DNA from: Syntrophomonadaceae bacterium
GTDB taxonomy: Bacteria > Bacillota > Syntrophomonadia > Syntrophomonadales > Syntrophomonadaceae
Assembly (NCBI GenBank): GCA_012511795.1
Contig: JAAZFJ010000162.1
Span: forward strand, 66-64,065
Reading direction: 5' to 3'
Length of the DNA: 64,000 nt
A program made the translations under genes and the position numbers. Below are positions 36,313 to 46,983 of the stretch, one piece after another (within the stretch, counting starts at the first letter, position 1; every line of letters begins with the position of its first letter). Under the pieces are notes generated by a model, which saw only the letters and a program-made list of their open reading frames with translations, had not been told where the DNA came from and ran no database searches.

Positions 36313-36339
36313 CTAGTAGGTATACTTACATTTTAATGA

Positions 36340-37968
<1,629 letters not shown>

Positions 37969-37990
37969 AATACCGGGCATATAGTTTAAA

Positions 37991-38020
37991 AAAGGGAGTT
38001 GGCTTTTGCCATCTCCCTTT
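37991..38020. terminator. Bidirectional terminator between convergent pyrG and CoA-transferase genes
   Basis: AAAGGGAGTTGGC-tttt-GCCATCTCCCTTT, with one internal mismatch. Confidence 0.65.
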
Positions 38021-38031
38021 GCTGTTTAACT

Positions 38032-39402
38032 TTAAAAAGGGATCTTATTAGTCCGAGACCAAATTTTCATTTCCTTCGCTGATTTTAACAGCTCATCACG
38101 GAAGTCGGGGTGAGCAAGATTAATTAAAGCTTCGGCTCTTCCCCAGGTGGATAAGGCCTTTAAATTTACTTTGCCATATTCAGTAACCAGATATTGTACT
38201 TGTGTACGAGGAACGGTTACAGCTGCACCGGGCGTAAGCATAGGTTTAATACGGGAAATGATATTTCCCTCTTTGTCCTTATAGGTAGACGAGAAAGCTA
38301 AAAATCCCTTGCCACCCCGGGAGTGAAAAGCACCGATTACAAAATCTAGTTGACCACCGGTTCCAGAAATCTGACGCAGGCCAAATGACTCTGAACACAC
38401 TTGGCTTAAGAGATCGACTTCCAAAATATTGTTTATGGCAATGACATTATCATGCATGGCTATACGAGCCGGGTCATTAGTATGGAGTACGCAGGCTGAT
38501 GCGCAGCGGGGGTTATCATGGAGGAAATCATAAGTATCTTTGGTCCCCAAACAGAAGGAGTACGTACTTTTGTTTATATCGTAGGCTTTCTTGGCATTGG
38601 TAACTTTCCCGGCTTCATACATTTTTACAAAAGCATCACAGAACATTTCGCTCTGAATACCCAGGTCTTTAAGATCTGATTCAGCAATCATATTGCCGAT
38701 TAGATTTGGCATAGCACCTATACCTAGCTGAATACAGGCGCCATCTACAATATCTTCAACGATGTATTCGGCGATTTTCCTTTCTTCCGATGTAGGTTCA
38801 GGCATGGGAGGCAAAGCAAAAATAGGTGTATTGGAACCTTCTATAATATAATCGATTTCACTTATGTGTACATACTCGTCATTTCCCCCCAGACAACGTG
38901 GCATATTCTCATTTACTTCCACAATTGCTATTTTACTGTTGAGAGCCAGGCCGCGATTATGGGAATTACCTAATCCAAAATTAAAACATCCCTGACCATC
39001 CATCGGTGCTACCTGGGCACACCAAATTTGCGGCTTTAGATGGGCAAATTCATCAGTGCTATAAGCCAGAATAGTAGCTTCATGGTAATTGAATGGGTTG
39101 TGTGCTACCAATCCAAAATCTCCTGCTTTACGATCAATCGCTGTGAAATACCAGGAAAAATATTGGAAAGTCTTCTGCTCTCTATCCTTAAAAATCACAT
39201 CTGGAACAGGCAAGACAGTACCGGTGCCGCGTATTGCTACATTTTCAAGCCCGTCACCAGCTCGTTTGGCCAGAGCGATATCAAAATCCACCGGCTTGGT
39301 AGCAAACATTCCATAATCAACGATTACATTGGATTTGCACATTTTTGCTGCCTGATCGGCAGTAATCAATTTGTTCTTATACTCTTCCATGTAAGTTTTC
39401 AA
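38032..39402 (-). CDS. Acetyl-CoA hydrolase/transferase family enzyme, butyryl-CoA:acetate CoA-transferase-like (paralog 1)
   Basis: It is strongly similar to the neighbouring paralog and to But/4-hydroxybutyrate CoA-transferase sequences (VEVNENMPRCLGG, ISGTGGQLDF, AHPDFRDEL). The likely start is TTG 39402, 6 nt after GGGGGG, the position homologous to the paralog's ATG. Confidence 0.8.
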   Translation of the reverse strand: MKTYMEEYKNKLITADQAAKMCKSNVIVDYGMFATKPVDFDIALAKRAGDGLENVAIRGTGTVLPVPDVIFKDREQKTFQYFSWYFTAIDRKAGDFGLVAHNPFNYHEATILAYSTDEFAHLKPQIWCAQVAPMDGQGCFNFGLGNSHNRGLALNSKIAIVEVNENMPRCLGGNDEYVHISEIDYIIEGSNTPIFALPPMPEPTSEERKIAEYIVEDIVDGACIQLGIGAMPNLIGNMIAESDLKDLGIQSEMFCDAFVKMYEAGKVTNAKKAYDINKSTYSFCLGTKDTYDFLHDNPRCASACVLHTNDPARIAMHDNVIAINNILEVDLLSQVCSESFGLRQISGTGGQLDFVIGAFHSRGGKGFLAFSSTYKDKEGNIISRIKPMLTPGAAVTVPRTQVQYLVTEYGKVNLKALSTWGRAEALINLAHPDFRDELLKSAKEMKIWSRTNKIPF

Positions 39403-39503
39403 TATGTTCCCCCCTAAAAAATCAATAAATTTAGACATATTTGAATATTCTAATAAATATTGTTAATATCCTTTTTTATGGAAAATAATCTTATAAAAAA
39501 TAC

Positions 39504-39528
39504 AAAAAACGGGCTCAGCCCGTTTTTG
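39504..39528 (-). terminator. Terminator between the two CoA-transferase paralogs
   Basis: AAAAAACGGGC-tca-GCCCGTTTTT, symmetric and U-rich on both strands. Confidence 0.7.
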
Positions 39529-39555
39529 TATAGTAAAATGCTTTATTAAATATAT

Positions 39556-40923
39556 TTAGAATGGAATGCGGTTGGTACGAGACCATATTTTCATTTCTTT
39601 AGCAGATTTGATCAATTCATCACGGAAATCCGGGTGTGCGATTTTAATCAAGGCCTCAGCTCTTCCCCAAGTTGATAGAGCTTTTAGATTCACTTTTCCA
39701 TATTCAGTTACCAGGTATTGCACTTGGGTGCGGGGAACAGTAACAGCAGCACCGGGAGTCAACATTGGTCTGATACGGGAATGGACTTTACCTTCTTTAT
39801 CCTTATAGGTAGAAGAAAAAGCTAAAAATCCTTTCCCCCCTTTGGAATGGAAAGCACCGATAACGAAATCCAATTGACCGCCAGTTCCGGATATCTGGCG
39901 TAATCCTGAAGTTTCTGAACAAACCTGGGACAGCAGATCGACTTCCAATATATTATTTATAGCTATAACATTATCGTGCAAGGCAACACGGGAAGGGTCA
40001 TTGGTGTAATTAACGGTACATGATGCTACACGCGGGTTGCCGTCAATAAAATCATAGGTATCCTGGGTCCCCAGGCAAAAAGAATAAGTGGATTTGTTAA
40101 TATCATAGGCTTTTTTAGCATTGGTTACCTTGCCTGCTTCATACATATCTACAAAGGCATCACAAAACATTTCACTTTGCAGACCCAAATCTTTTAAATC
40201 GGAATCTGCTATCATTTTACCGATTAAATTTGGCATTGCGCCAATTCCTAACTGAACACAAGCCCCATCTACGATTTCTTCTACAATATATTCTGCGATT
40301 TTTCTTTCTTCTGCTGTAGGTTCAGGCATTTTGGGCGTTGCGAAAATGGGAGTATTGGAACCTTCAATTATATAATCAATTTCACTGATATGAACATATT
40401 CATCATTTCCTCCCAGACATAGCGGCATATTGTTATTTACTTCGACAATTGCTATTTTACTGTTGAGAGCCAGGCCGCGATTATGAGAGTTGCCCAGACC
40501 AAAGTTAAAACAACCATGTTTATCCATAGGAGTAGCCTGGGAACACCAGACATCAGGCCATAAATCACTAAATGAAGAGTCGTAAGCTAACAAGGTAGCT
40601 TCATGGTAGTTAAATGGATTATGAGCAACCAGTCCAATATCTCCTGCTTTACGATCCAGCATGGTATAATACCACGAAAAATACTGAAAGCTCTTCTGTT
40701 CCGGGTCATTCTTTATTACTTCCGGAATTGGCAGAACTGAGCCGGTTCCTCTTATCGCAACATTTTTCAGTCCATCCCCCGCTCTTTTACCCAAAGCTAC
40801 GTCAAAGTCAACTGGTTTGGTGGCAAACATACCGTAATCGATAATTGAGTTTGACTTAACTAATTGGGCTGCTTCGTCTGCAGAGAGCAATTTTTTTCTA
40901 TACTCCTCAGCATAAGTTCTCAT
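39556..40923 (-). CDS. Acetyl-CoA hydrolase/transferase family enzyme, butyryl-CoA:acetate CoA-transferase-like (paralog 2)
   Basis: It has the same motifs as paralog 1. ATG 40923 lies 6 nt after GGGGGGG. Confidence 0.85.
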   Translation of the reverse strand: MRTYAEEYRKKLLSADEAAQLVKSNSIIDYGMFATKPVDFDVALGKRAGDGLKNVAIRGTGSVLPIPEVIKNDPEQKSFQYFSWYYTMLDRKAGDIGLVAHNPFNYHEATLLAYDSSFSDLWPDVWCSQATPMDKHGCFNFGLGNSHNRGLALNSKIAIVEVNNNMPLCLGGNDEYVHISEIDYIIEGSNTPIFATPKMPEPTAEERKIAEYIVEEIVDGACVQLGIGAMPNLIGKMIADSDLKDLGLQSEMFCDAFVDMYEAGKVTNAKKAYDINKSTYSFCLGTQDTYDFIDGNPRVASCTVNYTNDPSRVALHDNVIAINNILEVDLLSQVCSETSGLRQISGTGGQLDFVIGAFHSKGGKGFLAFSSTYKDKEGKVHSRIRPMLTPGAAVTVPRTQVQYLVTEYGKVNLKALSTWGRAEALIKIAHPDFRDELIKSAKEMKIWSRTNRIPF

Positions 40924-41235
40924 TATTCTCCCCCCCTATAACTTTACAATAGACGAACAAAAGGTTTGCCATGATAAAATGAGATATAAAAATATCTACA
41001 TTTTGAATATTCGAACAAAAATCAGAAAGTCCTTTCTTGCCATAATAAGTAGAAAAATTAAAAATATTCGGAATTGTGTATAATGATAAAGCGAAAAATA
41101 TTAAATAATCGCCGTAAGAAAGAATTAAAAAATTGGTAACAATTAAAGGCAAGTAAAGAATCGATGGCGAATTAAAAGGGATATGCCTGCATTACATTGG
41201 TCAAACTAGCAGAGAATTAATAAAGGAGCAGTACA

Positions 41236-42300
41236 TTGTATACTACACGAATACTAGATATAAATGAAAAACATAATTTTAATAAGTTTGTAGAAAAACA
41301 CCCCCTAGGTCATTTTCTGCAGTTATGGGAATGGGGTATGGTAAAAAAGGGAATGGGCTGGGAGTATTTGCCTCTGGTGGTAGAAGAAGACGGAGAAATT
41401 AGAGCATCATTGCTTATTCTAAAAAGACCGCTGCCCATACCGGGCATCAAAAAATGCATTTTTTATGCTCCCCGCGGACCTGTGATTGATTTAGAAGATG
41501 AAGAACTATGTCAGGTATTGATAACAAGCACTCGCCGTATAGCGAAAGAACATGGAGCTATTTTCCTTAAAATCGATCCTGCAGTTTCAGCTGATAACCA
41601 TAAATTCAGACAAATATTAATAAAATGCGGTTTTAAATTAAATGAAACAGGTTTGGATTTCGAAGGGGTACAACCTAAATTTGTATTTCGCCTTGATATT
41701 ACTCCTTCCGAATTGTCATTACTGAGCAATATGCATCAGAAGTGGAGATACAATATTAAGTTGTCCGGAAGGAAAGGGGTAACTGTCAGGGAAGCCACGG
41801 GAAAAGAAGATTTAAAAATATTTTATGATATTTTATTGGAAACAGCTGAAAGGGATAATTTTTTAGTAAGAGGTTATGAGTACTTTGAATGGATTTGGGA
41901 CTTTATGGTGACCAATAATTATGCGCAAGTTTTTTTAGCTGAATATAATGGCCGGGTTATATCAGCTACTTTGGCGTTTATATTAGGAACCAAAGCCTGG
42001 TATCTTTATGGAGCATCAAGCAATTCAGATCGAAATGTTATGCCGAATTACTTGATCCAATGGGAAATGATAAAATGGGCGCGTAAAAACGGTTGTACAT
42101 TATATGATTTCAGGGGAGTTTCCGGAGATCTTGATGAAAACAATCCTTTATACGGGTTATATAGATTTAAAAAAGGTTTTGGCGGGGAATTGGCAGAGTT
42201 CACAGGCGAATGGGATAAAGTGTATTCTCCATTCTTTTATCTGCTCTGGAACAGAGTTTTACCTTTATATCAAAAAATCAGCCGCTCCATAAAGAAATAG
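41236..42300 (+). CDS. FemAB-family peptidoglycan interpeptide aminoacyltransferase
   Basis: 354-aa protein. FLQLWEWG, YLYGASS and LYRFKKGFGG are typical of the FemAB / lipid II:glycine glycyltransferase family. Confidence 0.75.
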   Translation: MYTTRILDINEKHNFNKFVEKHPLGHFLQLWEWGMVKKGMGWEYLPLVVEEDGEIRASLLILKRPLPIPGIKKCIFYAPRGPVIDLEDEELCQVLITSTRRIAKEHGAIFLKIDPAVSADNHKFRQILIKCGFKLNETGLDFEGVQPKFVFRLDITPSELSLLSNMHQKWRYNIKLSGRKGVTVREATGKEDLKIFYDILLETAERDNFLVRGYEYFEWIWDFMVTNNYAQVFLAEYNGRVISATLAFILGTKAWYLYGASSNSDRNVMPNYLIQWEMIKWARKNGCTLYDFRGVSGDLDENNPLYGLYRFKKGFGGELAEFTGEWDKVYSPFFYLLWNRVLPLYQKISRSIKK

Positions 42301-42314
42301 GCAGGTGTGATATT

Positions 42315-43514
42315 TTGGACTTAGACCTGAAAGACAAGTGGATAGAAATTGATGTTGGAAAAGTATTACATAATTTAAATGAAGTCAGGAATCATTTGCC
42401 TGCCGGAGTGAAACTAATTGCAGTTATTAAAGCTGATGCTTATGGACACGGGGCGGTAAAAACGGCACAGCTGTTAACTGCAAAGGGAGTAGATTTCTTC
42501 GCGGTCACTTTTCTGGATGAAGCACTGGAAATCAGGAAAGCCGGTATAGATGCCCAAATAATGATTTTTAGTCCTTTAACAGAAGATGAACAATACATTA
42601 AAGCTATTCAAAACAATATAACCCTTACCATTGCTTCCCTGAAAGAATGCCATGACTTGGATCTTATCAGCAGAAACCTGGGCAAGCGGGTCACCATACA
42701 TTTGAAAGTTGATACCGGTCTGGGAAGGTTTGGTTTAAATGCACAGGATGCTGCCCAAATATGTCAAACATTAAAAGAAAATAATTACATATATATAGAA
42801 GGGGTATATACACATATGGCTGATGCAGCCATGAGTGAAAAATATACTGCCAGACAGTTCTCTGCTTTTTTAGCTGTGATTGAAGATTTATATAAACAAG
42901 GGTTTGAATTTCCATTGAAACATTGTGCCAATAGTTCGGTGTTTTTAAGATGCCCTAATATGTATTTAGATGCAGTGAGAATTGGAACGCTTTTATCAGG
43001 GCAGAATCCGGCAGGTAATTTTAATAAAAAGCTAAACCTGCAAGATCCTTTTAAATATAAAAGCAGAATAATTGCTTTACGACAATTGGAAAAAGGTTCT
43101 TATCTCGGTTATTTCCGGACTTACCGTCTTAAACAAACCGCAAAGGTCGCAGTCCTGCCAGTTGGTTTTGCTGATGGGCTGGCTCTGGGAGTGCAAAATC
43201 CCCCCACTGGGTTTATCGATATGATAAAGCTGTTAATCAAACAGTTGTTAAGTTATTTGGGCTTTCGAAAGTATAGTTTACAGGTTCGAATAAAGGGGGC
43301 ATTATATCCAATTAGAGGTAAAGTTTTTATGCAGAATTGTCTGGTAGAGATCCCGGCTAATGTTGAAGTTTCAGTAGGTGAAGAGGTGGAACTGCCGATC
43401 CGTAAGACATTGGCAGCCAAAGATACTCGTTACGAGTACATAAATGAAACAGCGTCATTTACAGAAGTCCAGACTTATTCTTTAGATAAAAAAGCATCTT
43501 GGGAGGATTGCTGA
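42315..43514 (+). CDS. alr: Alanine racemase
   Basis: It has PLP-Lys context VIKADAYGHGA and C-terminal beta-domain features. TTG start. Confidence 0.8.
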   Translation: MDLDLKDKWIEIDVGKVLHNLNEVRNHLPAGVKLIAVIKADAYGHGAVKTAQLLTAKGVDFFAVTFLDEALEIRKAGIDAQIMIFSPLTEDEQYIKAIQNNITLTIASLKECHDLDLISRNLGKRVTIHLKVDTGLGRFGLNAQDAAQICQTLKENNYIYIEGVYTHMADAAMSEKYTARQFSAFLAVIEDLYKQGFEFPLKHCANSSVFLRCPNMYLDAVRIGTLLSGQNPAGNFNKKLNLQDPFKYKSRIIALRQLEKGSYLGYFRTYRLKQTAKVAVLPVGFADGLALGVQNPPTGFIDMIKLLIKQLLSYLGFRKYSLQVRIKGALYPIRGKVFMQNCLVEIPANVEVSVGEEVELPIRKTLAAKDTRYEYINETASFTEVQTYSLDKKASWEDC

Positions 43515-44410
43515 TGGGCAAAAAAATAATTGTATTTTCGATTGCTGCTTTACTGCTTTTGGTAGCCGGTATGTCTTTAGGAAAAATCCTTAGTCCTGAG
43601 CCGGCAGTTTTATCTGGAGGTTCTGCCATTGGAGTGATTGAAGTTAATGGGATAATTTCAGGAGATGCTTCGGACAGTTTATTAGGAGGAACTACCGGTA
43701 TCTCCTCCCGTAAAGTTATGGAAAATATCCGCCTGGCAGCAGAACGTGATGATATCAAAGCGGTAATTTTGCGGATTAATTCCCCGGGAGGCACTACAGC
43801 AGCATCCCAGGAAATTGGTATTGAATTAGACAGGTTACGGGAAACCGGTAAACCAATTATTACTTCTATGAGCGATACTTGCGCCTCAGGAGGATACTGG
43901 ATCGCCTGCAGTACTGACCACCTGGTAGCTAATGCCGGAACACTTACAGGCAGTATAGGGGTAATTATGGAAATAACTAATTTACAGGGATTATATGAAA
44001 AATTGGGCATTGACAGCATAACTTTTAAAAGCGGAAAGTTTAAAGATATGGGGTCTGCCACCAGGCCGGTCACTGAAGAGGAAAGGCAACTGTTTGAGGA
44101 TATAATAGAAGACTCCTATGACCAATTCTTTACTCAGGTTTTAAATGGACGACAAGGCAAAATAAGCGCTGACAAGCTGCGGGAAATTGCTGACGGTCGG
44201 GTTCTCACCGGTCAGCAAGCATTGGAACTAGGCTTGGTTGACAGCTTGGGAAACTATTATGATGCTATAAAAGTTGCTGAAAAAATGGCTGATTTGCCGG
44301 AAGGAACCAGGGTAGAAATAATAGGATCACAAAACTTCTTTGATCGGTTGATGCTGCAAGTAAAAACACCTGAGCTATTAAAATCCTTAGATTTGATACA
44401 AATCAAATAG
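43514..44410 (+). CDS. sppA: Signal peptide peptidase SppA (36K type, S49)
   Basis: ATG 43514 overlaps the alr TGA and follows GGGAGG. It has INSPGG and CASGGYWIAC motifs. Confidence 0.85.
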   Translation: MGKKIIVFSIAALLLLVAGMSLGKILSPEPAVLSGGSAIGVIEVNGIISGDASDSLLGGTTGISSRKVMENIRLAAERDDIKAVILRINSPGGTTAASQEIGIELDRLRETGKPIITSMSDTCASGGYWIACSTDHLVANAGTLTGSIGVIMEITNLQGLYEKLGIDSITFKSGKFKDMGSATRPVTEEERQLFEDIIEDSYDQFFTQVLNGRQGKISADKLREIADGRVLTGQQALELGLVDSLGNYYDAIKVAEKMADLPEGTRVEIIGSQNFFDRLMLQVKTPELLKSLDLIQIK

Positions 44411-44421
44411 GAGGGAGAAAC

Positions 44422-45003
44422 ATGAGTCTGACTGACCGCCTCTGGGGTGTTATTTTTAACCCGGTGGCCACGATGCGGCAATTGACAGTACAAAAGCCTT
44501 TGGGGGAAGGTATATTTTTGTATGCAGCAGTTTTATCCATAGTCATGGTCATTAACCAAGGTATAGACATGTTAAGGCCAATTGAAGAGGTTTTAAGTGT
44601 TCCAACCAATTTTATATGGTTATTACTCGCCATGGGAATAATATTTTCTTTATTTTTATTGCTGATAAGTGCAGGGTTTTTATCTTTGATCAGTGAAATA
44701 ATATATAAAAGAGGCAATAGCTTGGGTTTGCTGGTGGGATTTTGTTTTTCTATACTTCCGGGAGCCTTTGGCCCTTTGCTTCAATATGGTTCAGTATTAA
44801 TGGGGCTTAGTTGGCTGGGAGTTTTCTTCTCCATAATTTCCATGACCTGGGTTGTTGTTTTGCAGATCATAGCTGTTAAAACAGCTTTGAGTCTTAGTAC
44901 CCGGCAGGCATTATTTTTATATTTTTCTCCTCTTCTGCTATTAGCAGTAATAGCAATTACTTTTACCTTACTGATGGTGTCTTCAATACCGCAACTGGGT
45001 TAA
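44422..45003 (+). CDS. Yip1-domain polytopic membrane protein
   Basis: 193-aa protein with five predicted TM segments. It has the N-terminal WGVIFNPVATMRQL motif typical of bacterial Yip1/YIF1-like proteins. Confidence 0.5.
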   Translation: MSLTDRLWGVIFNPVATMRQLTVQKPLGEGIFLYAAVLSIVMVINQGIDMLRPIEEVLSVPTNFIWLLLAMGIIFSLFLLLISAGFLSLISEIIYKRGNSLGLLVGFCFSILPGAFGPLLQYGSVLMGLSWLGVFFSIISMTWVVVLQIIAVKTALSLSTRQALFLYFSPLLLLAVIAITFTLLMVSSIPQLG

Positions 45004-45064
45004 TTTCTTGGTTATTAAGCAGATACAAAAAGAATTTGCAGAATTAATGAGCAGGGAGTCCGGT

Positions 45065-45424
45065 ATGGCAAAGAAAATACTGATTGCAGATGATCAAAAA
45101 GGAGTAAGAAACCTTCTGGAAGAATATTTTAAACAGGAAGGTCACTGGGTTATTACTGTCAGTAATGGGCTGGAAGCAATCGAAGCAGTACAAAAAGAAA
45201 ATATTGACCTGATAATACTGGATATGAAAATGCCAGGTATGAATGGCTTGGAAGCTGCCAAAATAATATTGCAAAACTATAGCTTACCAATAATCCTAAT
45301 GACAGCTTATGCAAAGTCCGAAATCGAGAAAAATGCAATGGCTGCAGGAATAAAAAGATGTATTATAAAGCCTTTTGAAATCCTGGAGCTAAAAGATATA
45401 GTAGCAGATTGTCTAAAATTATAA
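45065..45424 (+). CDS. Stand-alone receiver-domain response regulator, Spo0F-like
   Basis: ATG 45065 lies 6 nt after AGGGAG. KILIADDQKGVRNLL...DLIILDMKMPGMNGLE...MTAY...KPF closely resembles B. subtilis Spo0F. It occupies the spo0F position upstream of fba. Confidence 0.7.
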   Translation: MAKKILIADDQKGVRNLLEEYFKQEGHWVITVSNGLEAIEAVQKENIDLIILDMKMPGMNGLEAAKIILQNYSLPIILMTAYAKSEIEKNAMAAGIKRCIIKPFEILELKDIVADCLKL

Positions 45425-45442
45425 AAATACGAGGTGAATATG

Positions 45443-46297
45443 ATGTCATTAGTATCAATGGACACTTTACTTGATCAGGCAGAAGCGGGAGGATATGCAG
45501 TAGGGGCATTTAATGCCAACAATATGGAAATAATACAAGCTATCCTGCAGGCTGCTATTAAAGAGAACTCACCGGTGATCATGCAGGCTAGTCAAGGAGC
45601 GATTAATTACGCAGGTCTGGAATATATCACCGGAATTGTAAAAATAGCAGCAGCCAGCACTCATGTGCCGGTAGCACTCCATCTTGACCACGGCACTGAT
45701 TTTAATCAGATTATCCAATGTATTCGCAGTGGTTTTAGTTCTGTTATGTATGATGGTTCCAAACTTCCTCTGGAAGAAAATATAGCAATGACTAAAAGAA
45801 TAATTGAAATAGCTTCGCCCATTCAGGTATCTGTAGAAGCAGAATTGGGTAAAATAGGCGGAACTGAGGATCATGTCCATGTTGAAGCCAAAGATGCTAT
45901 TTATACAGACCCTGATGAAGCAAAATATTTCGTAGAAAAAACGGGCATTAGAAGTTTAGCTATAGCCATTGGCACAGCTCATGGGCAATATAAAGGGGAA
46001 CCTAAACTTGACCTTAAGCGTTTAAAGAAAATTAAGGAATTGACGCAAATTCCTTTGGTGCTTCATGGTTCTTCCGGTGTTCCTGATGAAACAGTAAAAA
46101 AAGCCATTTCTTTGGGCATCAGGAAGGTTAATATTGATACCAATATCAGAGAAGCATTCGTTGGGAGAATGCGACGGGAAATAGCCAATAATCTTGAGGA
46201 AATTGATCCCCGTAAGATTCTGGGGCCTGCCCGGGAGGCGACTGTGGAGATTATTAGAGAAAAAATGAGGGTGTTTGGCAGTTCGGGAAAAGCATAG
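45443..46297 (+). CDS. fba: Class II fructose-1,6-bisphosphate aldolase
   Basis: MSLVSM..., HLDHG, GTAHG and LVLHGSSG. The start is ATG 45443 or 45440, after GAGGTG. Confidence 0.9.
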   Translation: MSLVSMDTLLDQAEAGGYAVGAFNANNMEIIQAILQAAIKENSPVIMQASQGAINYAGLEYITGIVKIAAASTHVPVALHLDHGTDFNQIIQCIRSGFSSVMYDGSKLPLEENIAMTKRIIEIASPIQVSVEAELGKIGGTEDHVHVEAKDAIYTDPDEAKYFVEKTGIRSLAIAIGTAHGQYKGEPKLDLKRLKKIKELTQIPLVLHGSSGVPDETVKKAISLGIRKVNIDTNIREAFVGRMRREIANNLEEIDPRKILGPAREATVEIIREKMRVFGSSGKA

Positions 46298-46321
46298 TAA
46301 ATAAAAAAGGAGATGGTTTTT

Positions 46322-46963
46322 TTGCGCATTTTTATTGATTCTGCTAATATAGAAGAAATTAGAGAAATCAACAACATGGGCTTTTTAGCCGGGGTCACAA
46401 CCAACCCTTCGTTAGTAGCCAAAGAGAAGAGAGATTATCACCAGGTTATTAGAGAAATAGCGGCAATAGTAGACGGACCAATAAGTGCCGAAGTTATTTC
46501 TCTTGATTTGGATGGCATGCTTCAGGAAGCCGAAGTCCTGGCTCAAATTCATACCAATGTGGTAATTAAGATTCCCTTAACTGCAACTGGTTTACAAGCT
46601 ATTTCAATTTTGAGCAAAAAAGAAATCGCAACCAATGCGACATTGATTTTTTCTGCCAACCAGGCAATCCTGGCAGCCCGCGCTGGTGCCAGTTATGTGA
46701 GTCCTTTCTTAGGCAGGGTAGATGACAATGGCAATGACGGTATGATTTTGCTTAATGATATCGTTACAGTTTTTGATAATTATATGCTCGATACCGAAAT
46801 AATAGCAGCCAGTATCAGACATCCGATGCATGTGATTCAGGCTGCTAAAAATGGTTCCCATATCGCTACCATACCCTATAAAGTTATTAAACAAATGATT
46901 AAGCACCCGATGACTGATGCAGGTATCGAAAAATTCTTAAGAGATTGGAAAGAGTCGATGTAA
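46322..46963 (+). CDS. Transaldolase / fructose-6-phosphate aldolase family (TalC/Fsa type)
   Basis: TTG 46322 lies 9 nt after AAGGAG and gives [15 protein letters not shown]... It has GVTTNPSL and Schiff-base Lys context VVIKIPLT. Confidence 0.85.
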   Translation: MRIFIDSANIEEIREINNMGFLAGVTTNPSLVAKEKRDYHQVIREIAAIVDGPISAEVISLDLDGMLQEAEVLAQIHTNVVIKIPLTATGLQAISILSKKEIATNATLIFSANQAILAARAGASYVSPFLGRVDDNGNDGMILLNDIVTVFDNYMLDTEIIAASIRHPMHVIQAAKNGSHIATIPYKVIKQMIKHPMTDAGIEKFLRDWKESM

Positions 46964-46983
46964 ATGAACTGGAGGTCTTGGCT

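Noticed and set aside
40907-41152. An 81-aa minus-strand ORF in the CoA-transferase/femAB intergenic region
   Set aside because: It overlaps the start of the CoA-transferase gene, is AT-rich and low-complexity, and has no RBS. The region is better explained as divergent promoters.
43459-44073. A 204-aa minus-strand ORF overlapping alr and sppA
   Set aside because: It is antisense to two genes with clear family motifs. Its composition is low-complexity, and it has no RBS and no recognisable domain.
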